Positions 10,631 through 21,942 of a stretch of DNA of 49,314 nt are shown piece by piece. The DNA lies in assembly GCA_032718475.1 (NCBI GenBank), contig JAUCBJ010006572.1, positions 1 through 49,314 of the forward strand. The letters are read 5' to 3'. A program made the translations under genes and the position numbers. The DNA is from Nemertoderma westbladi (taxonomy: Eukaryota > Animalia > Xenacoelomorpha). The first letter of the stretch is position 1, and every line of letters begins with the position of its first letter. The notes beneath the pieces were generated by a model, which was not told the origin of the DNA, ran no database searches, and worked only from the letters and a program-made list of their open reading frames with translations.

Positions 10631-11851
10631 TAACAAGAATTTAGCATTCCTTAAAGGTGACAAAACTGGTAATATTATTTTATTGGATAAATCTGCTAAG
10701 GAATATGAGATCCTTCGAATTTTGGGTGATAAGAAAACATATGTGAAACTACGCAAAGACCCTACTGCACGATTTCGTGTTGAATGCCGATCGTTGTTAG
10801 ATTCCCTTGCTATTGTGAACCAACGGCTTCACCATCACCTCTTCCCTAATACCTTCACTACCGGCCATATCTTTATAACTCTTAAAGACCATGAACCACG
10901 TGACGAGTGGGTAACCCACCCTAATGGTGCCCTAATCCCAAAAGGTATACCTATTATATCTAATACGGACGCATTTTTTAAACCCTTATCCAAAATGATG
11001 CACCACTATCTGCACCACTCTAGTTACTACTGCCGATAACTATCTAAAAAGCTCTTTGGATCTCAAACAAACCATGCCTACAACAACTAATAATTCCCAT
11101 TTTACTTTAGCCACTATTGATGTAATAGACATGTTTACCACCATCCCCCATGAATTGGGTATTGAGGCTACCATGCATGCACTTTCTGAGGATCCTACAT
11201 TAGCTGAACGCTCTATTTTTACACCAACTCAACTCGCAGCAATTTTACGGTTTCTTCTATACCACAACTTTTTATTTTATCAGAATAATGTACTACCTCC
11301 AAATCGCAGGTGCACATATGGACGGTCACCACAGTAGTGATTATTCTATAATCAGTTCATACAAAGCACTCAAGAGGGCGATAACTATTTCGCTACGGAC
11401 TCCGTCATTCTTTCAATATACAATGTGAATAAGACAATAATATGATAATGCTCTCCATAACGAAAAATATTATGTACTCTTGTTTCCACCATAAACCTAC
11501 GTTACGGGCAGTAGTGGTGAAATCTGAAATTTTGCGTATTCGCCGTTTAACTGACTCAAACCATTTGTTCACATGTTATAAACACCAGTACCTCAAGTTG
11601 TGTGAGAACCGAGGCTATCTGCTGGATTTCCTCCTCTCACTCCATGCGTCGAACCCAACACCTCTTTTTCCAGTGCCGATCACGCAGCAGCCGTCTTTAC
11701 CAACGGAGGGGGATGGTCCATCAGCACCCCAAAATTTAAATAAGACTACATCGAGTGGGCCAAAATACACCTCTATATACTGTATCTCCCTACGACCCCA
11801 CAGTTCCTGCCTGTCGTCCTAGCGCCCGTTATCCGCAAATATAATGCTGAC

Positions 11852-12376
11852 TTGCGTTCGCTAGGTATTAGTGTCCAAACGGTCCCGCGTAACCTCCCAT
11901 CGTTAGGTAAACTGTTGATCACCGAGTCCGAGCCAACTCTGCCTCTTGGTGACCATTCTTGCAATGGGCGTCGCTGCAAATGCTGCTCGGCCGTTCTAAA
12001 CCAGCGCCGGACACCATTGGGTGACCCCATCCATGGGAGATTTAACTGCAAATCATTTAATGTGATTTATTTTATCAAATGTAAACTGCATCCACACTTG
12101 TGGTATCTCGGCCAGACAGAACAGCGTTTACATGAGCGCATCCGAGGACACCGTAGTGCTATAAACGACGCAGCTGGAAAGGGTCTAGGAGTCGATTTAT
12201 CGAGTCCTGAAGTCTTGCTACTGCAGCACTTTGCTATCTGTGGGATCGGTGCGCTCAATATTACTTGTTCTAAAAGGTTTACGAACCACGAGCGTAGGAT
12301 TCATTCTGAAGCGGTTCTAATTAACTTGCATCGCCCCCCAATTAATACTGTAGTTCCCCGTATTGGTCTGTACTAA
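11852..12376 (+). pseudogene. GIY-YIG endonuclease domain of the Penelope-like element
   Basis: FNCKSFNVIYFIKC...WYLGQTEQRLHERIRGHR...QHF...EAVLI...IN. Confidence 0.88.
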
Positions 12377-13074
12377 AACATGTGAACTTTGTTTTGTATA
12401 TTCTACTTAGGATTTTGTATTAGTCAGTTTGTTTTATTTTATAGCTTATTGTTTTTCTAACTATGTGGCTCGCCCCACATGCCCGCCTTAATGATAATTT
12501 CAACTCTAGTCATACAGCTGCTATTTGCTTTTTGCATAGCTGGCCCCTCTGGGTATTTACCCTATGGCGTAGTTAGTAATACTCAATCATTCTGTTAGTT
12601 TTATTTCATTAATTTTAAAGATTTTATTACTGCTTTTATTTCTGATGTTTTTTATCTGTTTTTATATACATATCATTCGTATGCACTATATCACTGTTGT
12701 TTTATTATTTTATTAGCCTTTATTTATAAGTTTTATAGATATTCTACTTAATAGCAGGATAGGGTACACCATTGGTTTAGTTTTTATTTACTATTATTAT
12801 TTTATATTTTTTTAACATTTTAATACTTTATTACTTTAATACTTATTTATTATAAATTTTGATTTAGAGTTAGTTTTGGTTCATTATGAATTTCCGATAT
12901 AATTTCTAACCAAGCTCAACTTCTACCGGTCTGCCACTTTACACAGCTATTATCTTTATTAAAATAGTCATAACTACTGTACAGTATCATAACGGTATCG
13001 GTTTTGTATATATCTTTTTAGGTTTTGAATTGGTTTTTTTAGTTAAATTTTATTAATATTGTGTTTAAAAATAT

Positions 13075-13111
13075 ACCACTGAAGATGCGCGGGAAGCGTG
13101 AAATAGCTGGT
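13075..13111 (+). ncRNA. Degenerate minimal hammerhead-ribozyme motif in the Penelope-like 3' region
   Basis: ACCA-CTGAAGA-T-GCGC-GGGAA-GCGT-GAAA-TAGC-TGGT: core boxes plus stems I and II are present; stem III and the cleavage triplet are not canonical. Confidence 0.6.
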
Positions 13112-13295
13112 AAACTAACAATATTTTATATTAGCCGTGGCTCAAGACCCTTACTCGTTTAATAATTAATTTAATAATTAATTAATATTTACTGTTGAAT
13201 TTAAAACCTACACAAACAAGCGCATACATTAATGCTTTGCTTTAGTCATAGAACTCTCAAATAGCAGCTTTGAAAACTGTCGCAGAGCAATTAGC

Positions 13296-13997
13296 ATGCA
13301 AAGATCAGCTTGCTTGTATGAGTTCAGACTCATACAAGGTCTTTGTATAGCGATTTACAGCACAATTGCATTCTGCACCTCCTGCAAAAGTGGTCATATA
13401 TACACATTCACCAATGAAAACAATGAGCTCCAAGAAAAGTTCCAATCTCAAATGGAAAACTTAATCACCGCCAACTGGGGAGACACAACACCCGTCATCG
13501 TAGATGGTTGCACAGAATGCGGCGTTCTGGACATGAGATTCTTTACTTATACCTGGGTGAACGGTGTCAAATACAACGGTATGCTGGAATGGATTGGATA
13601 TGGTTGCAGGAGAAACAACACTGAGTATTCCTCATGTGTCAAGTTGCCAACGGGTGTTCAGTGCGAGGCAATATTTGGCAATCAAGAGCTGGCGAATAAG
13701 GCGATGGCGGGAAAAGGAGATACCTACACCAAAGTCAGAAATTATCTCAGCCTTGAATCAACATTCACAAGGGAGATTTGTCAGCTTGGTTGTTGTAACA
13801 GCACTTGGAACTGCCCCGACTTCGTGTGGGCTGCGGCCGACACATTTACCGTTCGTACAACATCGGAAGCCGCAACTACCGACGCTGGTACAACTACCGC
13901 ACTCGATTCCACAATGGCTACCGGTGGATCTGGAAACATTGTGCCAACCATGTCTCAACTAGTTATGCTCATAAGCATTATTTGTGGATTGTTCTAG
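13296..13997 (+). CDS. Probable GPI-anchored Cys-rich surface protein, Ly6/uPAR (three-finger)-like
   Basis: Weakly hydrophobic N-terminus, CTSC...CTEC...GYGC...GCCNSTWNC, Thr/Ala-rich stalk, small-residue GGSG site then hydrophobic tail LVMLISIICGLF. AATAAA near 14162. Confidence 0.6.
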   Translation: MQRSACLYEFRLIQGLCIAIYSTIAFCTSCKSGHIYTFTNENNELQEKFQSQMENLITANWGDTTPVIVDGCTECGVLDMRFFTYTWVNGVKYNGMLEWIGYGCRRNNTEYSSCVKLPTGVQCEAIFGNQELANKAMAGKGDTYTKVRNYLSLESTFTREICQLGCCNSTWNCPDFVWAAADTFTVRTTSEAATTDAGTTTALDSTMATGGSGNIVPTMSQLVMLISIICGLF

Positions 13998-15199
13998 AAT
14001 TCAGATTGAAAAAACATTCACTGACTTGACATTATGTAACATAGGTAACATATGTAGCAAATATATATTATAATCCATATTATATTTACGCGCTATATCC
14101 TGGGTATAGTGTCGTAATTCAGTGACTTGGGCCATCCTGCTCAAAAAATCATCCAAATTTTAATAAAATTGCATGTTCACCTCCCCCCCTCCTTCCTGGG
14201 TGAACCAGAATTAGCGATCGATATTTCACTAGAAACGCGCGGTTATTATTCAACCTTACTGTATAGTGTTTTGTTGGTAGGCGAACTAACTAACTGATGG
14301 AAAGCTGGCCTACAAGGAGTCCACATATGTATCATACTGTAGCCTGGAATTAGTTGCAAATGAAATCTCATAAGATTTTTTTGAATAATTAATATGTCTC
14401 TGATATGTCCAATAAGTCTCTGAATAACGACACAATATTCCAGAACATGTTGTAACCTTGTTACAACATTATTAAACTATGTTGGTGGATGGATTGATTT
14501 AGAAAGTACCATTTAATCGTAATTTCATGCCTTGTGTGGATAGAGCGCGCGGATTTGGCGACTTTAGCCCTGATAATAGAACTGTATAAATTATGTATAA
14601 GTCATTAAAATGTGGCACCAAAAGCTGGCATGATTGGCCTGGAAAATGGTGCAAGACCAGACAAGAAATCGATATCAAATGAAAGTGGTGTAACATGTTT
14701 CTATACATAAATGAAATATATTCATATTATGTTAGCTATATCAGCATACATTATGTAACCATGTGTTCTACAATCATACTCACCCCATTGTCAAAACCCA
14801 ACTCTACTCTGCAGCTGCAATCCCGCTTAAACTTCAAAGTCAATAACTTCCCTTCTCCGTCAGCCGGAGGGGAATTGTACTTGAGAAGATTACCAAACTT
14901 GAAATTTATGTATGACTGACCGAGTGATTTGGGTCGGCTTTGTTTTGGACTTCTGACATTCCTAATATAATTCAGGGCAATCATGTATGTATTTTATATC
15001 GTGAGTATGTCAATTGTGTAGGCCTATATAAATTATATTTAACTAGTATAATAGAATACAATTGAAAAATATAACAAAATGATGCTTGGGGAATATTCTA
15101 CAGTATCAATGTAATAAGTATTTAAATTCATTGATATAAATAAAACCTTAATAAAGTTTATAAACTTTCATAAAATCTATTTTCATTGACTAAATCAAC

Positions 15200-15345
15200 C
15201 CGCTGTCCTCGTGGATACAGCGCCTAAGCCTCTTTAACAATCGCGTATGGTGTCCCAGATTCAAATCCGACTAAAGTCTGTAAAAATTTCGCACTGTTGT
15301 GTCCCTGGGCAAGATGCTTAGACGACAGTGCTTACGAAAAACCTG
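15200..15345 (+). mobile_element. tRNA-derived SINE remnant
   Basis: B-box-like AGATTCAAATCC followed by TGTTGTGTCCCTGGGCAAGATGCTTA, resembling the GTGTCCTTGGGCAAG central motif of many metazoan SINEs. Confidence 0.55.
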
Positions 15346-15623
15346 ATTTAATGGGAACCTCGCTTCTGCTGAGAGAGAAAAACAAAGAGTAAGGAGTTGG
15401 ATGAGTAATGGAGTTATTTGGCTAACTCCCTGCCTTACAGATAACATCAAGAGAGAAAAGCCTTGCTTCGGGTTTCCCCCGGGGTTTCGTGTTTTACATT
15501 CACCGAGTAGTGTAATGTTAAACATTTTAATAGTAAGTGTAATGTTGAGAAAATGTCGGCATAGTCCTGGGGGGGGTCACCAAATGTTTATGTATTTTTA
15601 TTAACCTCTTGACTTTTATCTTT

Positions 15624-15668
15624 TCGGAATGTGAGCGTAAAGTTTTAAACTTTACGCTCACATTCCGA
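15624..15668. repeat. Perfect palindrome, 22-bp arms with 1-nt spacer
   Basis: TCGGAATGTGAGCGTAAAGTTT-T-AAACTTTACGCTCACATTCCGA. Confidence 0.95.
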
Positions 15669-16547
15669 TTTATTATTCCGATTTAAACTAGGGGTAGGAG
15701 GTAGATAGCACTTTTTAGGTCATGTCTTTGAAATCAAGGGGGTCGCCCCACATTCTGACCGCTATCATCTCAGAATTATGAAAAACAAAAAAATTTTGAA
15801 AAAAATTTCATTTTCATCAGTAGACATTAATTTTGGTGCCATATGTCCCATTTTTACCTTACGCATAGTGGGTTGTGTAGTGAATATGATGTAAATAGAG
15901 TTTCAATGGTCCTATGAACTCGAAAGTGGTATCATTGGAACCGCAATTGCCGATTTAGTGGGTATAGAACACCCTTTTGAAGACCCCTGATCAATAGTTT
16001 CGCAGCAATACTGTAAAAATTGACAAAGTTATCCATATTTTGTTAAAAATTACATATGAAACTGTTCAAATGTGGTTGTTTGAAACGCATTTCATACCCA
16101 GATAGTTTGATTTTTTCGTAAAGTTGGTAATAAGTACCGACATTGTGCTATTTACAGCTAATTAACTTTAATATATATTTAATTTTAATAAATTATTTAC
16201 AAAAATAATGTTCAATAAATATAGTTAGTTAACAGTGACTTTAATTGTTTTAATATATAAATGATTTATCTAATATATATAATTTCATTGTGAAAAAAAT
16301 GTGTTAATGAAAATTTTGAAATTTGATGATATAATATTAGATTTATCTTAAGGATTACTGCGCAAAAATATTTCTGCATTGGTATATATATGGTCAACAA
16401 TTGGACCATAATTACAGTATAAGCATATTTTATACAGCTTAGGAATGCAGCTAGCTATGTCTTCAGATGTCACTTCTGTAATTGCAGTTCTGTAGTAATG
16501 TTAGGCCTACTCAATTCTCTCAATAGTATTATTATTACTTGAATACA

Positions 16548-19500
16548 ATGACATCTCAATCACTTGCTCAGTGTGACATAGTATTTGTTTTGGGTGACAA
16601 ATTACCCTTCATTTATGAGGCTGTTATTGCAATTACCAATTATGCCCCAGGCGGCTCACCTAAGGCAGATAAAGAGTCTGCCCTTAGAACGAAGGCAATT
16701 ACTGCATATTCAAATTCCCTTAACAATATGTGGTGCAAAGCCTTTGGAGCTGATAATATTGCATCTAGAAGCACCATAAAGCGAAAACTTCGGGCTCACA
16801 TTTTGGATTATTTCAATAAAGTAACCATGAAAGGGAGGTCTTGTAAAAGTAAGAGAGAGAGAATGCGTAACTGGAGGGATAATAATTATTCAGTTTTGTC
16901 CATATTGAACACTAAAGCGGTTCCAGATAATTTTGATACAGATGAACGTGCATTTTATTTTGGGCAATTAAGCAAGCAGCGGACTGGTTATCTTAGCGAT
17001 CAAATAGATACTGAATACGAATTGAAAATAACTGCCGAGCAACAAAAAAGTCAAGACCAACAGGAACTCACCAGAATAGAGGAAGAACACATCTTTGGTG
17101 ATGATGGTAGTGAGGTTGTTGACAGTAATTTTGATGACGACTGCTTTAATGGGGAAATAAGCTCGCCTATAAACCTTAACATAAGCAGCAATCGCTCAGG
17201 TTTAGCCCGAAACACCAAGTCTTACATAGAAAAAAGTAGTCAGACAATTTGCAATTTCATTGACCGAATTGAAATCCGCCAGAGGAGAAACTTAACAAGT
17301 GACATAAAAACAACATGTGCAAATGTATCAACTTCATGTGCACTGTCAGCAGAAAAGTCACGAATAGCTGTCCAGGTAGTGGCTAGAGATCTGTACAAGC
17401 ATAAATACTTTTTATCTCCCGAAGAACAGAATGGAGACAGTAATTGTACCCTGGAAGCTGAACCAATTGAGCCCAACCCTAAACGAGTTTGTCGAGAAAC
17501 TGTATCACCCAAAACAAATACTCCAGTTTCGGCAACAGACTACGGAAAATATAGATATGTTCTACCTAGTTCAAAAACAATAATTGAACACAAACAACTA
17601 CAAGCATCTGGTGTAAAAAAAGATGCAGGGACTGCTTTAGCAACAAAAAACAGTGAAATAAAGTGCACCCTCCACTATGATACAACATCAAGAAATAACA
17701 TTGATGGGGAGTGGCCTTGCCTCATATTGATATTCTCAAACAACACTAAATTTCGTTTGCGTCCTCTGTTTTTTGTGTATGAGGATAGAGATAATATAAT
17801 ACTATTAATTACAGAAACATATGAACGTTTAGCTTGTGCTGCATCACTGGCATTATCATCTGCTATTGGTCCAATGTCCCTATGGAAAAACACAACTGCA
17901 GTAATGACGGATGCTGTATCAAAAAATCTAAATATAGAGAAGGGAGTTTCTGACAAACTTGGAAGTGATTATATTCCGTATCATTTACTGTGTAAGAGTC
18001 ATACAGTTGAAGCATTTGATAGGTCAAATCTGACAGTTTTGTGTGACTTAGAGCGACAATTAGACCTTAGAGGAAAGCTGGAAGCTGCCAATTATTCACT
18101 TCATACATTCTTTCGAGGGAAAAAGGCAGTAGTTCTAGCAGGTTTAAATGCCTTGCTTAAGTTGGTCGCCTATGATAAGTCTGCCAATGCAGCTTCACTG
18201 GCTGAAGAGTTTGACATTCTCCTAGAGAAAGAGGGAAAAGTGAAGCACATGACACTCTACCATGAGAGAAGATTTACTAAATTAGGTTACATGTCAGCTT
18301 CCATTCTAGAAGCATTACCACTTCTGAGAACTCTTTTAGCTCAGAGTCACAAATCGAATCAACTAACTGAAACATGTAATCTCTTTTTGGAGTGCGAGTT
18401 TTTTATCACTGAACTCTGGGCACTATCATACTTTACCCATAAGGTAACTCTTCCATACCTAAACTGTATCGAGCTATCAAACCAGTCAACTCTCCTAAAG
18501 ATCTTACCAAAATTACATAGTGATCTATTGATAGGATGCACTGAAACCCTTGGAGAATTTATAATTAGTTATAAACATGTACCAATTAGAGAACCCAATA
18601 GTCCACTGGAAGTCAAGCTAATAGAGCTAATGTGCACAGATGCAGCTGCTGTTTTACAACTGCAATGTGGCAGAGAATATGGCTTCTCAGCAGTTGATAC
18701 TCCCGCACGTACTACAGAGTTGCACAAACTGACAGATTGCGAGCTAGCAAATTTGCCAACTAACAACTTACAAGCAGAGCGGGACTTGGGCAAATTCAGT
18801 AACATAGCAACTGTTGCGAAATTCCGAAATAAGAAATTTACTGCAAGAGGCATCAGAAACGATATGGTATTGTATCAAGCATCACCAAAGTGTGTTGATG
18901 AAACCACAAAGAAGATCAATGCCATCCTTCGTGAGAGAGAATTTAATTGGTCTGCTAAACAAAAACAACTACAGCTGAAAAGATTAGAAGAAAAAATTGA
19001 GAAAAGCAAAAATGTCAAAGATTACACATTAAAACTTCTTAGGGACTGTAAATCTTGGAATGGACCAGCTACCTGTATAAATGAACTCGAAGAAATAATT
19101 AAAGATAAAGGTCAATTACAGTCAGATCGGATTGTTAAAACTGAATTATCTTACTTTAAACATACACACAAGTTAGATGTTACTATTCGACCAGAGCTAT
19201 ATCGTCTAAATGGGATAACACCTGATGAACGGCTTGAAAATTTTCTGGTGCTTCTTGGCAATCAAACTCCACCAACAGGATCTGTTGTAGACTTACCTAC
19301 AAATGATGACTTGTCTATGATATTAGCCATACAGAGTGACAAAGATAAAGCAATAGATAAACCAGCTCCTTCATTGGCTGTGGACATCAATGGAATGTGT
19401 GCCACATTGTGGATTTTTGAAGGCAAATCCACATGGGAATTAGGATACCTTCTTGAAAGAAAGGAGTCAACTTATGTTGTGAACCATTTGGAACGGGTAG

Positions 19501-19694
19501 ATCCTGTATCTGATAAACGTTGGAAATATCCTGCTTTCGATGATGTTCAGGAGGTCACAAAGGAAGGTATTATGAACTGTTTGGTTGATGGAGACTGGGA
19601 CTTAACTTCATCTTCACGAAATATGCAGTTTATTCTACATAACCACTCTGAGTTCAGGGCCACATTTGACTTCCTTTTTCCATCTAAAAAGTAG
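16548..19694 (+). CDS. DDE transposase, hAT-like, uninterrupted (~1048 aa from first ATG)
   Basis: Candidate catalytic D in LHYDTTS, D in AVMTDAVSKN, CxxH in LLCKSH, RF in ERRFTKLG, E in PTNNLQAERDLG. The true start may involve an upstream exon. Confidence 0.82.
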   Translation: MTSQSLAQCDIVFVLGDKLPFIYEAVIAITNYAPGGSPKADKESALRTKAITAYSNSLNNMWCKAFGADNIASRSTIKRKLRAHILDYFNKVTMKGRSCKSKRERMRNWRDNNYSVLSILNTKAVPDNFDTDERAFYFGQLSKQRTGYLSDQIDTEYELKITAEQQKSQDQQELTRIEEEHIFGDDGSEVVDSNFDDDCFNGEISSPINLNISSNRSGLARNTKSYIEKSSQTICNFIDRIEIRQRRNLTSDIKTTCANVSTSCALSAEKSRIAVQVVARDLYKHKYFLSPEEQNGDSNCTLEAEPIEPNPKRVCRETVSPKTNTPVSATDYGKYRYVLPSSKTIIEHKQLQASGVKKDAGTALATKNSEIKCTLHYDTTSRNNIDGEWPCLILIFSNNTKFRLRPLFFVYEDRDNIILLITETYERLACAASLALSSAIGPMSLWKNTTAVMTDAVSKNLNIEKGVSDKLGSDYIPYHLLCKSHTVEAFDRSNLTVLCDLERQLDLRGKLEAANYSLHTFFRGKKAVVLAGLNALLKLVAYDKSANAASLAEEFDILLEKEGKVKHMTLYHERRFTKLGYMSASILEALPLLRTLLAQSHKSNQLTETCNLFLECEFFITELWALSYFTHKVTLPYLNCIELSNQSTLLKILPKLHSDLLIGCTETLGEFIISYKHVPIREPNSPLEVKLIELMCTDAAAVLQLQCGREYGFSAVDTPARTTELHKLTDCELANLPTNNLQAERDLGKFSNIATVAKFRNKKFTARGIRNDMVLYQASPKCVDETTKKINAILREREFNWSAKQKQLQLKRLEEKIEKSKNVKDYTLKLLRDCKSWNGPATCINELEEIIKDKGQLQSDRIVKTELSYFKHTHKLDVTIRPELYRLNGITPDERLENFLVLLGNQTPPTGSVVDLPTNDDLSMILAIQSDKDKAIDKPAPSLAVDINGMCATLWIFEGKSTWELGYLLERKESTYVVNHLERVDPVSDKRWKYPAFDDVQEVTKEGIMNCLVDGDWDLTSSSRNMQFILHNHSEFRATFDFLFPSKK

Positions 19695-19712
19695 GCCTAA
19701 TCATTCTCAATA

Positions 19713-19957
19713 TCTTCCCGGTTTATCTGGCATCCGGCAAAGGTCAATCAAAAAGTCAAAATCTTCCCGGTTTATCTGGCATCCGGCAAAGGTCAATCAA
19801 AAAGCCAAAATCTTCCCGGTTTATCTGGCATCCGGCAAAGGTCAGTAAAAAAGCCAACATCTTCCCGGTTTATCTGGCATCCGGCAAAGGTCAATCAAAA
19901 AGCCAAAATCTTCCCGGTTTATCTGGCATCCGGCAAAGTTCAACCCAAAAGCCAAAC
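19713..19957 (+). repeat. 49-bp tandem repeat, 5 copies, immediately after the transposase stop
   Basis: TCTTCCCGGTTTATCTGGCATCCGGCAAAG recurs at 19713, 19762, 19811, 19860 and 19909. Confidence 0.95.
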
Positions 19958-20974
19958 TCTCTGCCTTCCTGTAGAACGTTGGCGACGTGGCAGAGCTTAA
20001 AGCTGATAAACTCAGCTGAACTAAAGCTACAGGAAAATTCGTTCACTTTGCGGCTCCTATGACTTATTTGAAAGTTCAGATGAGTTTCCACACTTTATAC
20101 AATATATGATAACTCTGATCACTGGCTAAGGTGAAAAGTCAACTTTCATCAACACAACAGACTTTGAGTTCCGTTAATTTTTTCTTAACTCATTATTAGT
20201 AAATTAATCATCATTGTGGTTCCAATGAGACTTTATTTCAAGTTAAGATGACCCAACAACAATTTTCCAATGAGACTATTTTCAATTTAATACGACCTTC
20301 CAAACTCTTGTTACAACATATCTGCATATTAAGACTTCTGATCGCTACGCCTACAGTAGGGTGAAAAGTTGATTTTAGACAATATCTCATACTGAAAAAA
20401 ATTATTCGCTGTTGAAAAATAAATATTTTTTAATTCACTAACAGTAAACCGACGATTGCGATTCCAATGAGACTATTTTCAACTTCATACGACCTCTCAA
20501 ACTCTTTTTACAACATATTAATGATTCCGATCACTATGACTAAGGTGATAATGAGTTTTTGTCAACGCGACAGACTAAATATGATGTCTACTGATGAAAA
20601 TGAAATTTTTTTTCAAATTTTTGTTTTTTTTGTAGTTCTGGGATCATAATGGATAGAATGTGGGGCGACCCCCTTGATTCCAAGAATATGACCCTGTACC
20701 TCCTACCCCTTGTAAACGTAAAGTTAACTTTGGCATTTAGTAATTTTTTTAGGCCGGGGATTACGACTTTTTTCTCCAGTGCGGTCCCCCCCAGAACTTT
20801 TATCCCCAGAGCAAACTCCAGTACACCTTTAGCTACCATTTTAGGATGTAAGGCTAGACCATTCAAAGCATTCGTGCCGAAAGAAAAACTACCTTGGCTC
20901 CCATGCGGCGGTTAAATCCACAACCTCAGAGAGACGTGAATTCAATGCAACCACTACACCAAGGTGTGCCCGAT

Positions 20975-21330
20975 TTTAAGCGGTCTATAAAGTGTGTTGA
21001 GTGGGCTTTAAAGTGTGGTGTGCCGGCTATAAAGTGTAGCGAGCGGGCTATAAAGTACCGGTATGTAAACAATCTATAAAGTGTGTGTACGGTCTATAGA
21101 GTGTGGTGCGGTCTATAAAGTGTGTTGAAGGGGATTTATAGTGTGGTAAGCGGGCTATAAAATGTGGTGAGCAGGCTAATGTGTGGCGAGCGAAATATAA
21201 AGTGTGGTGTGCCGGCTATAAAGTGTGTGAGCGAACTGTGTGGTGAGCGGGGAATAAAGGCTATACAGTGTGTGAAGGGTCTATAATAAGGGCGCGGTTG
21301 ATATAAAGTTTGGTGAGCGGAGTATAAACA
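20975..21330 (+). repeat. Degenerate ~22-bp minisatellite
   Basis: Recurrent (C)GGGCTATAAAGTGTGGTGAG-like units. Confidence 0.85.
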
Positions 21331-21796
21331 TAAACATATCTTGAGGTTGTTGAAACTGAGAGGAGAACAATAAAAATTTTAGTTTTGTAAGCGGGTGGCA
21401 GCAAGTGCAGTACAGGAAACTGTCGTAGATAACTAACACAGGGCCCAGGTCACTGTTATTTTTTAAACTGTAAAGATTTAAAACTGAATTGATACGGGAA
21501 TAAAAATTAACCTTTTCATATATTATGCCGTCTTGTTTTCCATGATTTTACTTTGTTATACATGAAGAAGCGATAAAAAAATACATTTTTACACATAGTA
21601 AACACATCAACCAAATTAGTTTATCAGACTTATTAAAATTATTGAACTATCTCCTGAAATATAGTGTCACAACTTAGTGACATTCTACTTGGCAACCAAT
21701 CTTGTTTCAAATTTTTTGAGATTGTATTAAATTTGATACAGAAATAGTTTCACCTCCCTACTTGGGTTGAGTTGAGTTGATAATGAATGTTTTGAG

Positions 21797-21942
21797 TTTA
21801 TTTTCGCCTCCAATCTTTAGCTACAAGAGTTAAAAAAAACGTGTCTCAGTCGATGAATAATAACTGCAGCGCGACTGGTGTGTAATCGACACCTTTATTA
21901 ACCGGTTGCTCTTTGCAGCTAAAGAATGAAAGCGAAAATAAA
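21797..21942. mobile_element. Small MITE-like element with ~33-bp imperfect inverted ends
   Basis: TTTATTTTCGCCTCCAATCTTTAGCTACAAGAG ... CTCTTTGCAGCTAAAGAATGAAAGCGAAAATAAA. Confidence 0.6.

Larger units (their letters stand above)
7900..13165 (+). mobile_element. Penelope-like retroelement (Neptune-like), decayed, interrupted by an RTE LINE; boundaries approximate
   Basis: N-terminal NNLSK...LLGLGFTFIP (~8300-8370); NITPAQQLALKQLRNNKNL|AFLKGDKTGNII; RT IDVIDMFTTIPH; thumb SEILRIRRL; Cys-rich linker CNGRRCKCC; GIY-YIG endonuclease. Confidence 0.88.
15569..20792 (+). mobile_element. hAT-like cut-and-paste DNA transposon with imperfect long inverted repeats
   Basis: G8 run at 15569-15576 and C7 run at 20786-20792; inverted homology 15690-15828 vs 20584-20710; subterminal TTCCAATGA motifs on both sides; central transposase ORF. 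Confidence 0.82.

Noticed and set aside
20860-20965. tRNA/SINE head on the - strand (TGGTGTAGTGG A box)
   Set aside because: B box too degenerate to support a call.
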